A stretch of DNA of 64,000 nt from Fibrobacterales bacterium. GTDB lineage: Bacteria > Fibrobacterota > Fibrobacteria > Fibrobacterales > JAOPTW01. The position numbers were made by a program, and so were the translations under genes. Under the pieces are notes generated by a model. It saw nothing but the letters and a program-made list of their open reading frames with translations. It was not told the DNA's origin and did not search any database. Where the stretch lies: NCBI GenBank assembly GCA_051532035.1, contig JAOPTW010000036.1, positions 83,893-147,892 of the forward strand, in the 5' to 3' direction. Shown piece after piece: positions 53,240 to 61,955 of the stretch; position 1 is the stretch's first letter, and every line of letters begins with the position of its first letter.

Positions 53240-53320
53240 AATTTAGGCTGAGACAAGGCAAATGAGGTGAAGGCGTACTTTAGTACGTCGAACCTCATTT
53301 AACGCAGTATCAGTCAAATT
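53240..53320. repeat. REP/MITE-like long palindrome
   Basis: AATTT-GGCTGA..AAATGAGGT..GGCGTAC-ttta-GTACGTC..ACCTCATTT..TCAGTC-AAATT. Confidence 0.55.
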
Positions 53321-54524
53321 AGGGATAAAAAAGTGTATAGACTAATGTGCTGTTGATGTTATTCTGCCCGAGCATTTTTTGAACTACTTCAAGATCATAC
53401 CCTTTTTTAAGCATACGAACTGCGAAGCAATGTCTGAATGTGTGGGGAGTTATTGACTTCTCAAATCCAAGTTCTTTCACCGCAAGTTTAATAGAACGCT
53501 GTACAGAACTTTTGTGAATATGGTTACGCTTAACTTTACCATCACACTCATCAACGATAAGGCTTTTGGCCGGGAACAACCATTGTAATTCCCATGATAT
53601 TGGCTCAAACTCATCCGAATTTATAAGATCAATAGGCATAACCACTTCGATGCGTCGCTGATTTGGCATGGCGTTGTATTCTTCTTTGAGCTCAAGAAGA
53701 TATGAATTCATAATCATTTTTGCTCTGTCAGATAGGAACACATACCGATCAGTAATACTCTTATTAGAACGCACAACTATATAATTTTGTTCTAGGTCGA
53801 CATCTCTTACACGAAGACTCACTGCCTCATCCAAACGCAATCCACATTCTGACATAATGAGAGAGATATAATAATAGTGATCTGTCAAATTCTCATATAT
53901 TTTTTCAATGTGCTGATCTTCAATCACTACCGGGCGCTTGCTCTGTGCTACGTGTTCAATCATCCCCAGTAAATCAGTAGAATCTTTTTTAAGTATACAA
54001 CGCATAAAATAGAGAAGGGCTGCGATAACATGATTTCGAGATGCAACATTCAATGAAGAGTTATCATTGGTATATTGGATGAACTCTTGAAGATCGGCAA
54101 CAGTAAGCTCAGAAGGTACTGTTGCCATATAAAAATCTTTAACTTTATTTAACCACGTTATATATGTCTTTTGTGTAACGGAGCTATACATATTGAAATT
54201 GGGGTCGTTATGTACTGCCTCCATAGCTTCTCGCCAATTTGATATGGCTGGTACTGTTGCAACTTGAGGAAGCGTATTATAGTAAAGACTCACTGCTTCT
54301 ATTGCCTGTTCAACCTGCCATATTTCAACATCTGATACCCCCATTAAATATTTTTTGTACGTAGATATCGTACTCTCTTCGTCAGACTTTTCATTTAAAA
54401 AAGTGTGATACTCTTTCACCCATTTCACGTACTCTCCAACTAGATCTTTAGAGATCAAATCTTTATCTAAGAGTATATTTTTAAAGTCTTCTTCATAGTC
54501 CAAATGCGCCACGCATAACCTCAC
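53319..54524 (-). CDS. Integron-integrase-like tyrosine recombinase (divergent)
   Basis: WQVEQA..AV.LY N-terminal extension, GLRLDE..LRV.D, IntI-type insert QWLFPA...RNH....VQR, TPHTFRH, GYD..VQ.MLGQ, TLVYT. Confidence 0.8.
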   Translation of the reverse strand: MRLCVAHLDYEEDFKNILLDKDLISKDLVGEYVKWVKEYHTFLNEKSDEESTISTYKKYLMGVSDVEIWQVEQAIEAVSLYYNTLPQVATVPAISNWREAMEAVHNDPNFNMYSSVTQKTYITWLNKVKDFYMATVPSELTVADLQEFIQYTNDNSSLNVASRNHVIAALLYFMRCILKKDSTDLLGMIEHVAQSKRPVVIEDQHIEKIYENLTDHYYYISLIMSECGLRLDEAVSLRVRDVDLEQNYIVVRSNKSITDRYVFLSDRAKMIMNSYLLELKEEYNAMPNQRRIEVVMPIDLINSDEFEPISWELQWLFPAKSLIVDECDGKVKRNHIHKSSVQRSIKLAVKELGFEKSITPHTFRHCFAVRMLKKGYDLEVVQKMLGQNNINSTLVYTLFYP

Positions 54525-54694
54525 ACAATAAAATTTCTAAAACCCATCAATCATAATCAAGTAGAAATGTAAATGTACTTAACCTCGATACAATTTTATG
54601 TAAAACTTTATTATCATTAGTGAGCACTAATGCGAAAGGGACACCCCCTGTTCCATAAGCGACCAAAGAACAAGCAACTAACAGGAAAGTATCG

Positions 54695-55261
54695 ATGCCA
54701 AATGCGAATGTATTAAAAAAGGGAAATATCGTTAACATTAAGGGCCAATTGTTAAAAGTAGTTAACATTGATGTCCAGAGCCCCTCTTCTCGGGGAGCAG
54801 TCACCCTATATAAAGTCCGCTATACCAACCTCAAAACAGGGCTCAAAGTCGAAGAAGGCTATAAAGGTGGTGATTTCATTGAAGATGTCGACCTTATTCG
54901 CAGAAAAGTTCAATACTCCTTCACTGATGCTGATATGGTCACTTTCATGGATGTAGAAAACTACGAGCAATATTTTATTGGCTCACTCGAGATAGCAGAC
55001 CAAATAAAATGGATTCACGAAGACCTCGAAGGCATGTATTCTCTTATTGTCGATGAAAACATGGTTGGACTTGAATTACCTGAATTTATTACTCTTACGG
55101 TAGAAGAGACTGCTCCTGTTGAAAAAGGCGCCTTTGCAAGTAGCCGAAACAAGCCTGCAAAGCTCTCCAATGGCATTGATATTCAAGTTCCCGAATCTGT
55201 AGGTCAGGGTGATTCTATTAAAGTTGACCCAGAAACCTCAAAATTTGCAACAAAAGCTTAA
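54695..55261 (+). CDS. yeiP: Elongation factor P-like protein (EfpL/YeiP)
   Basis: EF-P fold with loop SPSSRG..TLYK.R, FMDVENYEQ, RNKPAKL. Confidence 0.85.
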   Translation: MPNANVLKKGNIVNIKGQLLKVVNIDVQSPSSRGAVTLYKVRYTNLKTGLKVEEGYKGGDFIEDVDLIRRKVQYSFTDADMVTFMDVENYEQYFIGSLEIADQIKWIHEDLEGMYSLIVDENMVGLELPEFITLTVEETAPVEKGAFASSRNKPAKLSNGIDIQVPESVGQGDSIKVDPETSKFATKA

Positions 55262-55281
55262 TTTACTGGAGTAGAATAGAA

Positions 55282-55593
55282 ATGCAAGCCCCCGTAACTC
55301 CAGAATTAGATGAAACCACTGCTGAGAAATTAACACGCGAATGTGCACCCGTCTCTTGGGAGCACATTCGCCCCCATTTCGAACGTGACGCAGTGATAAT
55401 CGCATCAAAAGATCTCGACATTATCTCAATAGGCACCCATATTGCTGAAGATAATTCAGAGGCTATTTCTCAAGAAGTCGCCGCAGGAAACCTGAGTAAA
55501 CCCCTTGAATCTCAAATATCTCAATGGGATACTAGCGGTGCCACATTTAACACCCTTATCATTAGCCCATTTGTGCTCATACAAGAGTTTTAA
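55282..55593 (+). CDS. DUF2288-like protein
   Basis: W..I.PHF.RDAVI, IAEDN, F..LIISPFVLIQ. Confidence 0.75.
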   Translation: MQAPVTPELDETTAEKLTRECAPVSWEHIRPHFERDAVIIASKDLDIISIGTHIAEDNSEAISQEVAAGNLSKPLESQISQWDTSGATFNTLIISPFVLIQEF

Positions 55594-55910
55594 ATCGTAT
55601 ATTCATAAACCTTACCCGTTAATTCAATATCTCCACCACAACATGGACATGGCTCGCCTTCTGTCCAAAGCGTCAATGAATCACCATGACAACAAGGGCA
55701 TTTATCAATAAGAGAGCCTCCTTTAGCACGCTTCTCTTTTAATACATGTGGTTCATCCCATACCTCGCCAACATAAATATCCTCAAGAGTATTACACTCA
55801 TTACAATACATAGTGACAAATTTTTTACCCGAATTACCTAAAAATTCTCCACCGGCTACTGTGGATTCTAATCCACACGTATCACACATCATTTCAAATT
55901 GAGTACACAT
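55590..55910 (-). CDS. Small Cys-rich zinc-ribbon-like protein
   Basis: Four CxxC motifs (CDTC, CNEC, CPCC, CPCC); AGGAGG SD before ATG 55910. Confidence 0.7.
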   Translation of the reverse strand: MCTQFEMMCDTCGLESTVAGGEFLGNSGKKFVTMYCNECNTLEDIYVGEVWDEPHVLKEKRAKGGSLIDKCPCCHGDSLTLWTEGEPCPCCGGDIELTGKVYEYTI

Positions 55911-56128
55911 TTGCACCTCCTGTTGTTTAAACAAAAGATAGCTCACATGCTATGTCAAATTTTGTCACCCCAAAACATATAAACTCACAACTAGGTAAAA
56001 GAGCGCGAAAGAGTTAAGTAAACTGATATTTAACTTTGTTTATTGAGTGTTTCGCTTAAATTAAGACCGAAAGAGGTAAGTTACACCCGCTCAAATTACG
56101 AGCACAACGAGTACAACGCAGACATATT

Positions 56129-56584
56129 ATGATAAATTCAACTCCAGCAGTAAAGAAGTTTTGCAGTGTTATGTTTAACGCCCTCAAACTACCGAGTAAC
56201 ATCCAAGATGTTGCCAACGAGATTTTACCAAAAATATTTGAGTTCGAAGAGGCTACTCTCGACAACAAATACCCTTATCTCAACTGGTTTCAGTTTATTT
56301 TCGACGCCCTTCGCCCTACTGAATCCTTTGAGAATGAGTATTGTATCGCCCAATCAATAGGCCAACTGAACGACCCAATAGCCTTAGAAAATCTTGCTCA
56401 TGACATTAAGAAACATATAGAGAAGCGTACCTTAGATGGCACTCTATCCCACGTGGATAGCCACCATCTTTCACAGTCCCTCTACTCCATATTTTTTGTA
56501 TTAAAGATTCAAATGAATAAAGACAAAAATGCTCTTTATGAACTTGATCTGTCACCATTCATACATAGTGAAGAGAGTACATAA
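56129..56584 (+). CDS. Hypothetical protein
   Basis: 151-aa ORF followed by strong hairpin; no motif recognised. Confidence 0.5.
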   Translation: MINSTPAVKKFCSVMFNALKLPSNIQDVANEILPKIFEFEEATLDNKYPYLNWFQFIFDALRPTESFENEYCIAQSIGQLNDPIALENLAHDIKKHIEKRTLDGTLSHVDSHHLSQSLYSIFFVLKIQMNKDKNALYELDLSPFIHSEEST

Positions 56585-56602
56585 CCTTCATTCGATGATA
56601 CG

Positions 56603-56644
56603 ATTATATAAAGGTTGTAGTTTTTACTACAGCCTTTATATAAT
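56603..56644. terminator. Long hairpin, probable terminator
   Basis: ATTATATAAAGGTTGTAGT-tttt-ACTACAGCCTTTATATAAT, 19-bp stem with one G-U. Confidence 0.6.
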
Positions 56645-56747
56645 TTTCCTGTAAGGTTCAGGCTCGCGCAAAGACTCACTCATACATTAATTATTTTTGC
56701 ATATTGTGAGATAGAGCTCAATTGCACCAAACCATTAGGAAGAAGCT

Positions 56748-57140
56748 ATGCCTACCCAAACAGTACCTCAAAGTCTAAAACGCTGGTTTCTTGTTCATTT
56801 TATTGCAGATTTCATTTTTGCACTACCACTCATGTTTGCCCCTGTTTTTACCATGCAGCTCTTTGGATGGTCAGAAATTAACGAACTCACTGTTCGTCTT
56901 ACAGGGGCAGCACTCATTGGTATTGGTGGCCAATCTCTCTTAAGCAGAGATGACACAAAAGAGGCATTTATATCACTGCTCAGCATGAAACTCATTTGGT
57001 CGAGCGCTGCTATTCTTGGCATTGTACTTACCATATTCTCAGGTAACCAACCACCAATCATCTGGGGGTTCCTAGTAACCTTTGTCTCATTTAATTTTTT
57101 ATGGGGTTACTACTATAGGGTTCTCAAGAGAGGTGCCTAA
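56748..57140 (+). CDS. Four-TM membrane protein
   Basis: Four hydrophobic segments; L..WF..HF..D, RL.GAALIGIG. Confidence 0.75.
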   Translation: MPTQTVPQSLKRWFLVHFIADFIFALPLMFAPVFTMQLFGWSEINELTVRLTGAALIGIGGQSLLSRDDTKEAFISLLSMKLIWSSAAILGIVLTIFSGNQPPIIWGFLVTFVSFNFLWGYYYRVLKRGA

Positions 57141-57183
57141 AATATTTACAGATGTGAAGCTCTCATAACATAATCTACAAATA

Positions 57184-57216
57184 GAAAAACCAGTCTGTAA
57201 TTCAGACTGGTTTTTC
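57184..57216. terminator. Bidirectional intrinsic terminator
   Basis: GAAAAACCAGTCTG-taatt-CAGACTGGTTTTTC between convergent genes. Confidence 0.85.
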
Positions 57217-57235
57217 GAATCCAACACATTAAAGG

Positions 57236-59620
57236 TTATTCATAGGTCAATGCTTCACGTACGTACAATGTATTGATACTTCTGTTCGGTGAAAATATTG
57301 ATATTTTTATAAATACTATCATAAGAACAAAAGCGAGTATACTTCCCACCGATGAAATCGAAAAATCGAGTTTAATTTCGAATATCAACATTCCCAAAAA
57401 GTTAGCAACCATAATACTCAGCGGTAGTGACACAATAAAGGCCGCAACTAAACTTACTGTCCCAACAAATAGTGTCTCTATAAAAATCATCTTCTGAATT
57501 ATTTCAGTAGATGCACCTATTGCACGCATGACACCAATCTCACGTGTACGTTCCATGATATTGATATTTATAGTTGAGACAAGTCCAAGCCCCCCAACGA
57601 TAAGCGCCAGGATTGAGCCAGCAAGAACCATGAAAGTTAAAATATTCAGGTGATTCTTAATGGCCAAAAGCATTATCTCTTTAACAATTGATGTCACAAT
57701 AATAATCTCAGAATCCTCAAACACCTGTTCAATGTTTTTATCAATTTCTTCAATTGAGCGACCTGACTCAGGGTCTAATACAACAGACAAATTTGCAATA
57801 GTATTCCTATTGTTATACACTCGATTATAAGTCTTTTCAGACATATATATTGTCGGAAACCCAAACTCTCTCGATACGCCGACTATAGTAAACGGTACTG
57901 CAGCATCATTAATCATTAATGCTATCGATTCTCCCACCACCAAACTCGGTTCAAGAGTCTGAATATTATTATTTATTACGATTTCATTATTACCTTCGGC
58001 CCCCAACCAACGCCCTTTTATGATTGGAAAATCAACAATATTATTTGAAAGTTTGGGAGCAATCACTTTATAGGCATTACTCTTCATCTTGTTGTTAAAA
58101 ACAAAGGATGTTTTGCCCCCTTTAATATACAGTCCGGTTTTTACACCATCAACCGACTCAAGTGCTGTTTTTAACTGTTCAATTTCGTAAGGCTGGACAA
58201 AGGTATATGAGATATCAAATTTTTGCGATTCCGAAGAAGCCTCTAACGTTTTACTCAGTGATTCACGAACATTAAGTGAAACCATAAACAGAGCAAACCC
58301 AAGTGCCAAAGTACTAATAGTAAGTACCGTTCTCCACTTTTGCCTAAACGTATTTTTCAAAGAGAGCTTGGTTATTGGTGAAAGAATAGTTAACGAACTG
58401 ATCCAGTTAAAGAAATGAGTATTTGAGTTTGCAGAAATACCATAATCTGAAAGTGCCTCTCTTGGACTGATACGAGTACCTTTTAATATTGGAAATGTTG
58501 CAGTTATTAAAGGAAATACTATACCGATGATGCCTAATACAAGATATACCCAGAGCGATATGGATTCTGTAAGAATATTAAAGTTAAGTTGTATCGCTAT
58601 GAATTTGGCAAAGAGAGCTCCCCCAGATATACTGAGCGGTACTGCAACAATAAGTGAAATGACACTTAATGCCAATACTGACACGTAATATAGTTTCATA
58701 ACCTGAAAGCGTGTTGCACCAATAGATTTCATCATACCGATTTGACGAATTTGTTTACTCAGTATAAAAGAGATGATATTCACAATAAGTACACTGCTCA
58801 GAACAAATGCGAGAATCCCAATTGCACCCAGTAAAAATATGAGGGAATTCAACTGCCATTGGTGAGGGTGCTGTCCCGGTTCGGGGATGAATACTTTTTC
58901 TACTTTGTTTCCTTTTGATGTAATCCATGTTGCAAGGCTCTCTGTTGTCTGCATAATCGATTGTTTGTCATATTTCCCTATGCTCGGTATAATATTCAAT
59001 TGATTCATTGTCGGGGCCTGTGCTATCCCCGCATAGGTTGCTTCAGAAATGTATCCATACACCATGTACTCCATATGTGCAGGAGGTTGGCCGGGATCGT
59101 GTAATTTACCACTCATAGATAATTTAATCTTTGTCCCCGGCTGCTGTGGCATTGAGATTTCCACGCTATCATTGATTTGTAGGGTATTGAAAAAGTGAAA
59201 GCCATCCCTTTCAACTGCAATTTCATTCTTTTTTGGGTATGCCCCATCTTCAAGAGTAAAAGTCGAAACTTTTGCGTTATCAAAATCCTTTACCACAAAA
59301 AGAATCAGAGTGAGCCACTTATTATCTTTTGTAAGTATACGGCCAGTCATTTTTTGGCGAAGTTCTGCACTTTCAATCTCCTGCATACTGTTTAATGATT
59401 CCACAAATGTATTATCCATATGGTCTTTGGTTGTTATGAATGCACTTGCAGGGTTTGTATTCAAGTAGTTTGAACTCAAATCAGTCTGAAGAATTGAGAA
59501 TGCAGTCACTACAATACCAATTCCCGTTACTCCGAGAATAATGGCAAATATTACAAGGAGGGAACGGGATTTAAAAAGTAGAAGATCGTTTAATGATTTT
59601 TTCCATCCTGGTCTTAACAT
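57236..59620 (-). CDS. ABC exporter permease, double FtsX/MacB-type
   Basis: Two halves: RQIGMMKSIGA and ERTREIGVMRAIGA; ends REAL.YE. Confidence 0.9.
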   Translation of the reverse strand: MLRPGWKKSLNDLLLFKSRSLLVIFAIILGVTGIGIVVTAFSILQTDLSSNYLNTNPASAFITTKDHMDNTFVESLNSMQEIESAELRQKMTGRILTKDNKWLTLILFVVKDFDNAKVSTFTLEDGAYPKKNEIAVERDGFHFFNTLQINDSVEISMPQQPGTKIKLSMSGKLHDPGQPPAHMEYMVYGYISEATYAGIAQAPTMNQLNIIPSIGKYDKQSIMQTTESLATWITSKGNKVEKVFIPEPGQHPHQWQLNSLIFLLGAIGILAFVLSSVLIVNIISFILSKQIRQIGMMKSIGATRFQVMKLYYVSVLALSVISLIVAVPLSISGGALFAKFIAIQLNFNILTESISLWVYLVLGIIGIVFPLITATFPILKGTRISPREALSDYGISANSNTHFFNWISSLTILSPITKLSLKNTFRQKWRTVLTISTLALGFALFMVSLNVRESLSKTLEASSESQKFDISYTFVQPYEIEQLKTALESVDGVKTGLYIKGGKTSFVFNNKMKSNAYKVIAPKLSNNIVDFPIIKGRWLGAEGNNEIVINNNIQTLEPSLVVGESIALMINDAAVPFTIVGVSREFGFPTIYMSEKTYNRVYNNRNTIANLSVVLDPESGRSIEEIDKNIEQVFEDSEIIIVTSIVKEIMLLAIKNHLNILTFMVLAGSILALIVGGLGLVSTININIMERTREIGVMRAIGASTEIIQKMIFIETLFVGTVSLVAAFIVSLPLSIMVANFLGMLIFEIKLDFSISSVGSILAFVLMIVFIKISIFSPNRSINTLYVREALTYE

Positions 59621-60333
59621 GATACACCTCTTTTTTCATCGTTAACAATTTTTCCATCAGACACTGTAAGTACACGACTGAAAGGGAGAGTATCCGAATT
59701 TTCGTGAGTCACCATAATAACGGTTTTCCCACTATCTGCAAGTTCTTGAAAGAGGACATGTATTGCTTCGGAGGTTACTGAGTCAAGATTACCCGTTGGC
59801 TCATCTGCTACAATTATCGGCGGGTCATTTGCAAGTGAACGGGCAATGGCAACACGCTGTTGTTCACCACCAGAAAGTGCAGTGGGGAGTTTGTGTGCAT
59901 GACTACTCATGCCTACTTTTTCAAGAAGTGCAAACGCCTTTTTACGACGCTCTGCTAGTGGAACGCTGTTTACAAAATCCATAGGGAGTGTAACATTATC
60001 CAATACCGTGAGAGTAGGGAGCAATTGAAAGAACTGAAAAATGATGCCTATGTTATTTCCGCGCCACTCTGCTGCGGCACTTTCACCCATAGTATGTATC
60101 TCTTTGTTATTCACAACAATTTCACCCTCTGATGGACGGTCAATTGCAGTAAGAATATTGAGGATGGTAGATTTTCCACTACCCGATTTACCCACAATCC
60201 CTATATACTCTCCTGAGTTAATAGTTAGGTCAATGTTCTTTAATATGTGTACGGTTTTCGATTCCACTCCATAAGACTTTACTATGTTACTGAGTTCAAT
60301 AAGGGGTGCGTTATTTTCTGTTATAGTATTCAC
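59614..60333 (-). CDS. ABC transporter ATP-binding protein (LolD/MacB type)
   Basis: [37 protein letters not shown]. Confidence 0.93.
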   Translation of the reverse strand: MNTITENNAPLIELSNIVKSYGVESKTVHILKNIDLTINSGEYIGIVGKSGSGKSTILNILTAIDRPSEGEIVVNNKEIHTMGESAAAEWRGNNIGIIFQFFQLLPTLTVLDNVTLPMDFVNSVPLAERRKKAFALLEKVGMSSHAHKLPTALSGGEQQRVAIARSLANDPPIIVADEPTGNLDSVTSEAIHVLFQELADSGKTVIMVTHENSDTLPFSRVLTVSDGKIVNDEKRGVSC

Positions 60334-60337
60334 TGTG

Positions 60338-60793
60338 TTACTCCTGTATAGTTATCGTTATTTTTGTTTTTGGATTATATTCAAATTTCAGTTTTTCAAA
60401 TGTCGGCATTCCTGATAGAATTGATAGAGTATAACTACCCGAAAACCCCATAGGTTCTGAAGGAATGCCGAAAAAATTATGATCGGGTGTACCATTACTA
60501 TTTTCATCATGAAACACTATGAGGGCACAATTACCATATGGAACACCTTTGAACGCTACGACTGATTGACCGCCTGTAATGGCATTGGAAATCGTTTTAA
60601 ATGGCTTATTGGGGATGTCACTCTTACGGAGGTAGAGATTTGCAACGGCCCTACCGTTATTATGTTTAAAACCATTTGCTTCGACAATAAGTTGTTGCTC
60701 TGTCGAGTCCGTATTCAAAAAAGTTTCCGCATAGATGATATGTACTGAAATCAGTACTACTATTTTAAGTGAAATAAGAATAGTGTGTTTCAT
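60338..60793 (-). CDS. DUF2141-like secreted protein
   Basis: Signal peptide; FHDENSNG..D.NFFGIP.EPMGFS. Confidence 0.8.
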   Translation of the reverse strand: MKHTILISLKIVVLISVHIIYAETFLNTDSTEQQLIVEANGFKHNNGRAVANLYLRKSDIPNKPFKTISNAITGGQSVVAFKGVPYGNCALIVFHDENSNGTPDHNFFGIPSEPMGFSGSYTLSILSGMPTFEKLKFEYNPKTKITITIQE

Positions 60794-60831
60794 TGATTAC
60801 CTTATTATTGTTAATTACTTACCCTGGGCTA

Positions 60832-60861
60832 ACTCTATCATAGAGTACTCCACCGTAGAGT
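60832..60861. promoter_or_regulatory. Tandem 15-bp palindromic operator (putative PadR site) upstream of exporter operon
   Basis: ACTCTATCATAGAGT ACTCCACCGTAGAGT. Confidence 0.65.
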
Positions 60862-60878
60862 ATAGGCCTAAAAAAAAT

Positions 60879-61412
60879 CTATCTATTTAACTCAACATAC
60901 TCCTCAAGAGTTTCAGTAATCCATTGTACTAGAGTCTGCATAATCATCCGGTATTTTTTGACAATCATTCGAGATGAAAAGGGAATAAAAGCAGCAGCCT
61001 CTTTTTCATGCCTTACCACATGCTCATAGTGAAAAGTAAATTCCGTTTGCATTCTTTCCAATAATTCAAGCCCTTTAGCATAGTCAAGCTTCTCAAGGTT
61101 ATATATAAAAGTATTGAAGTTAAAATAAATTTTCTCCATACCTGTTGCATACTGCTCCATTAATTCCATAAAGTATTTTTTACCTTTTTCATTAATAGTG
61201 TACACTACTTTTTCTGGAGCATTCCCCTCTTGAACCGCTTCTCCATCTATTTGTTTGTTGGCGAATAGACGTTTACACGACTTATACGTTGCCTGCTTGC
61301 TTATCTTCAAGACCTTATTCACATGACGCTCATCAATATATTGAATCAACTCATAGGCACTCATAGGCTTTTCATGAAGCAACCCAAGAAGTGTTAAATC
61401 GATGGTAGACAA
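60879..61412 (-). CDS. PadR-family transcriptional regulator
   Basis: LLGLL.EKPMSAYEL, EGNAPEKVVYTINEKGK. Confidence 0.9.
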   Translation of the reverse strand: MSTIDLTLLGLLHEKPMSAYELIQYIDERHVNKVLKISKQATYKSCKRLFANKQIDGEAVQEGNAPEKVVYTINEKGKKYFMELMEQYATGMEKIYFNFNTFIYNLEKLDYAKGLELLERMQTEFTFHYEHVVRHEKEAAAFIPFSSRMIVKKYRMIMQTLVQWITETLEEYVELNR

Positions 61413-61422
61413 ATGTTCCGCC

Positions 61423-61455
61423 TTGTTAGTTAAGTTTTGTTAGTTAAGTTTTGTT
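61423..61455. repeat. 14-bp tandem duplication in padR leader
   Basis: TTGTTAGTTAAGTT x2 plus TTGTT. Confidence 0.8.
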
Positions 61456-61463
61456 CTTGTTTA

Positions 61464-61501
61464 AATATACTACTACACGGTAGAGTAGTCAAGTGTAGAG
61501 T
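61464..61501 (-). promoter_or_regulatory. padR sigma70 promoter overlapped by two operator boxes
   Basis: Minus TTGACT(61492-87)-17 nt-TATATT(61469-64); boxes ACTACACGGTAGAGT and AGTCAAGTGTAGAGT. Confidence 0.7.
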
Positions 61502-61516
61502 AGTATTTATTTTAGT

Positions 61517-61726
61517 TTTGAAACAAAATTAGCTCTAAAAGAGGCTCCAAGAGCGCATCGTGCTCTGGCGGAGTTAAAGGGAGTGGTTAAATCTATCCCT
61601 AATGAAGAGATATTGATTAATACACTCTCACTTCAGGAGGCTAAGGATAGTTCAGAAGTTGAAAATATTATCACAACTCATGATGAGCTGTATGACCTTC
61701 TGCATAATGTTCCATTGCTTGGGTAA
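61517..61726 (+). pseudogene. Remnant of a Fic/DOC-family gene (N-terminal domain only)
   Basis: Manual translation ETKLALKEAPRAHRALAELKGVVKSIPNEEILINTLSLQEAKDSSEVENIITTHDELY; no start codon and no HPFxxGNGR. Confidence 0.8.
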
Positions 61727-61955
61727 AGTCTATCACATAGAACCATTTTACTATTTGCAATGGAGCGTTAGTGTAATTTTTGGCTTTATAGTTCCACAGA
61801 TAGTGCCTGAGGATCTATCAGTCAATGCAAACAACATCCACTTACAGCCACGGGCTTTATGAACAGAGTACTTCTTTGCTCATTGACTGTAAAGTGGGTG
61901 TACAATACGACACTACTCATACCGCATAGTCGCACAGGTAATGCTTTAGAAATAA

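Noticed and set aside
54695..57140. Integron cassette array formed by the small genes next to the integrase
   Set aside because: Mixed orientation and no RYYYAAC...GTTRRRY hairpins between genes; the 56603-56644 hairpin lacks AAC/GTT cores.
61659..61862. 67-aa plus-strand ORF from the track
   Set aside because: Out of frame with the Fic remnant, runs across a hairpin and has no recognisable features.
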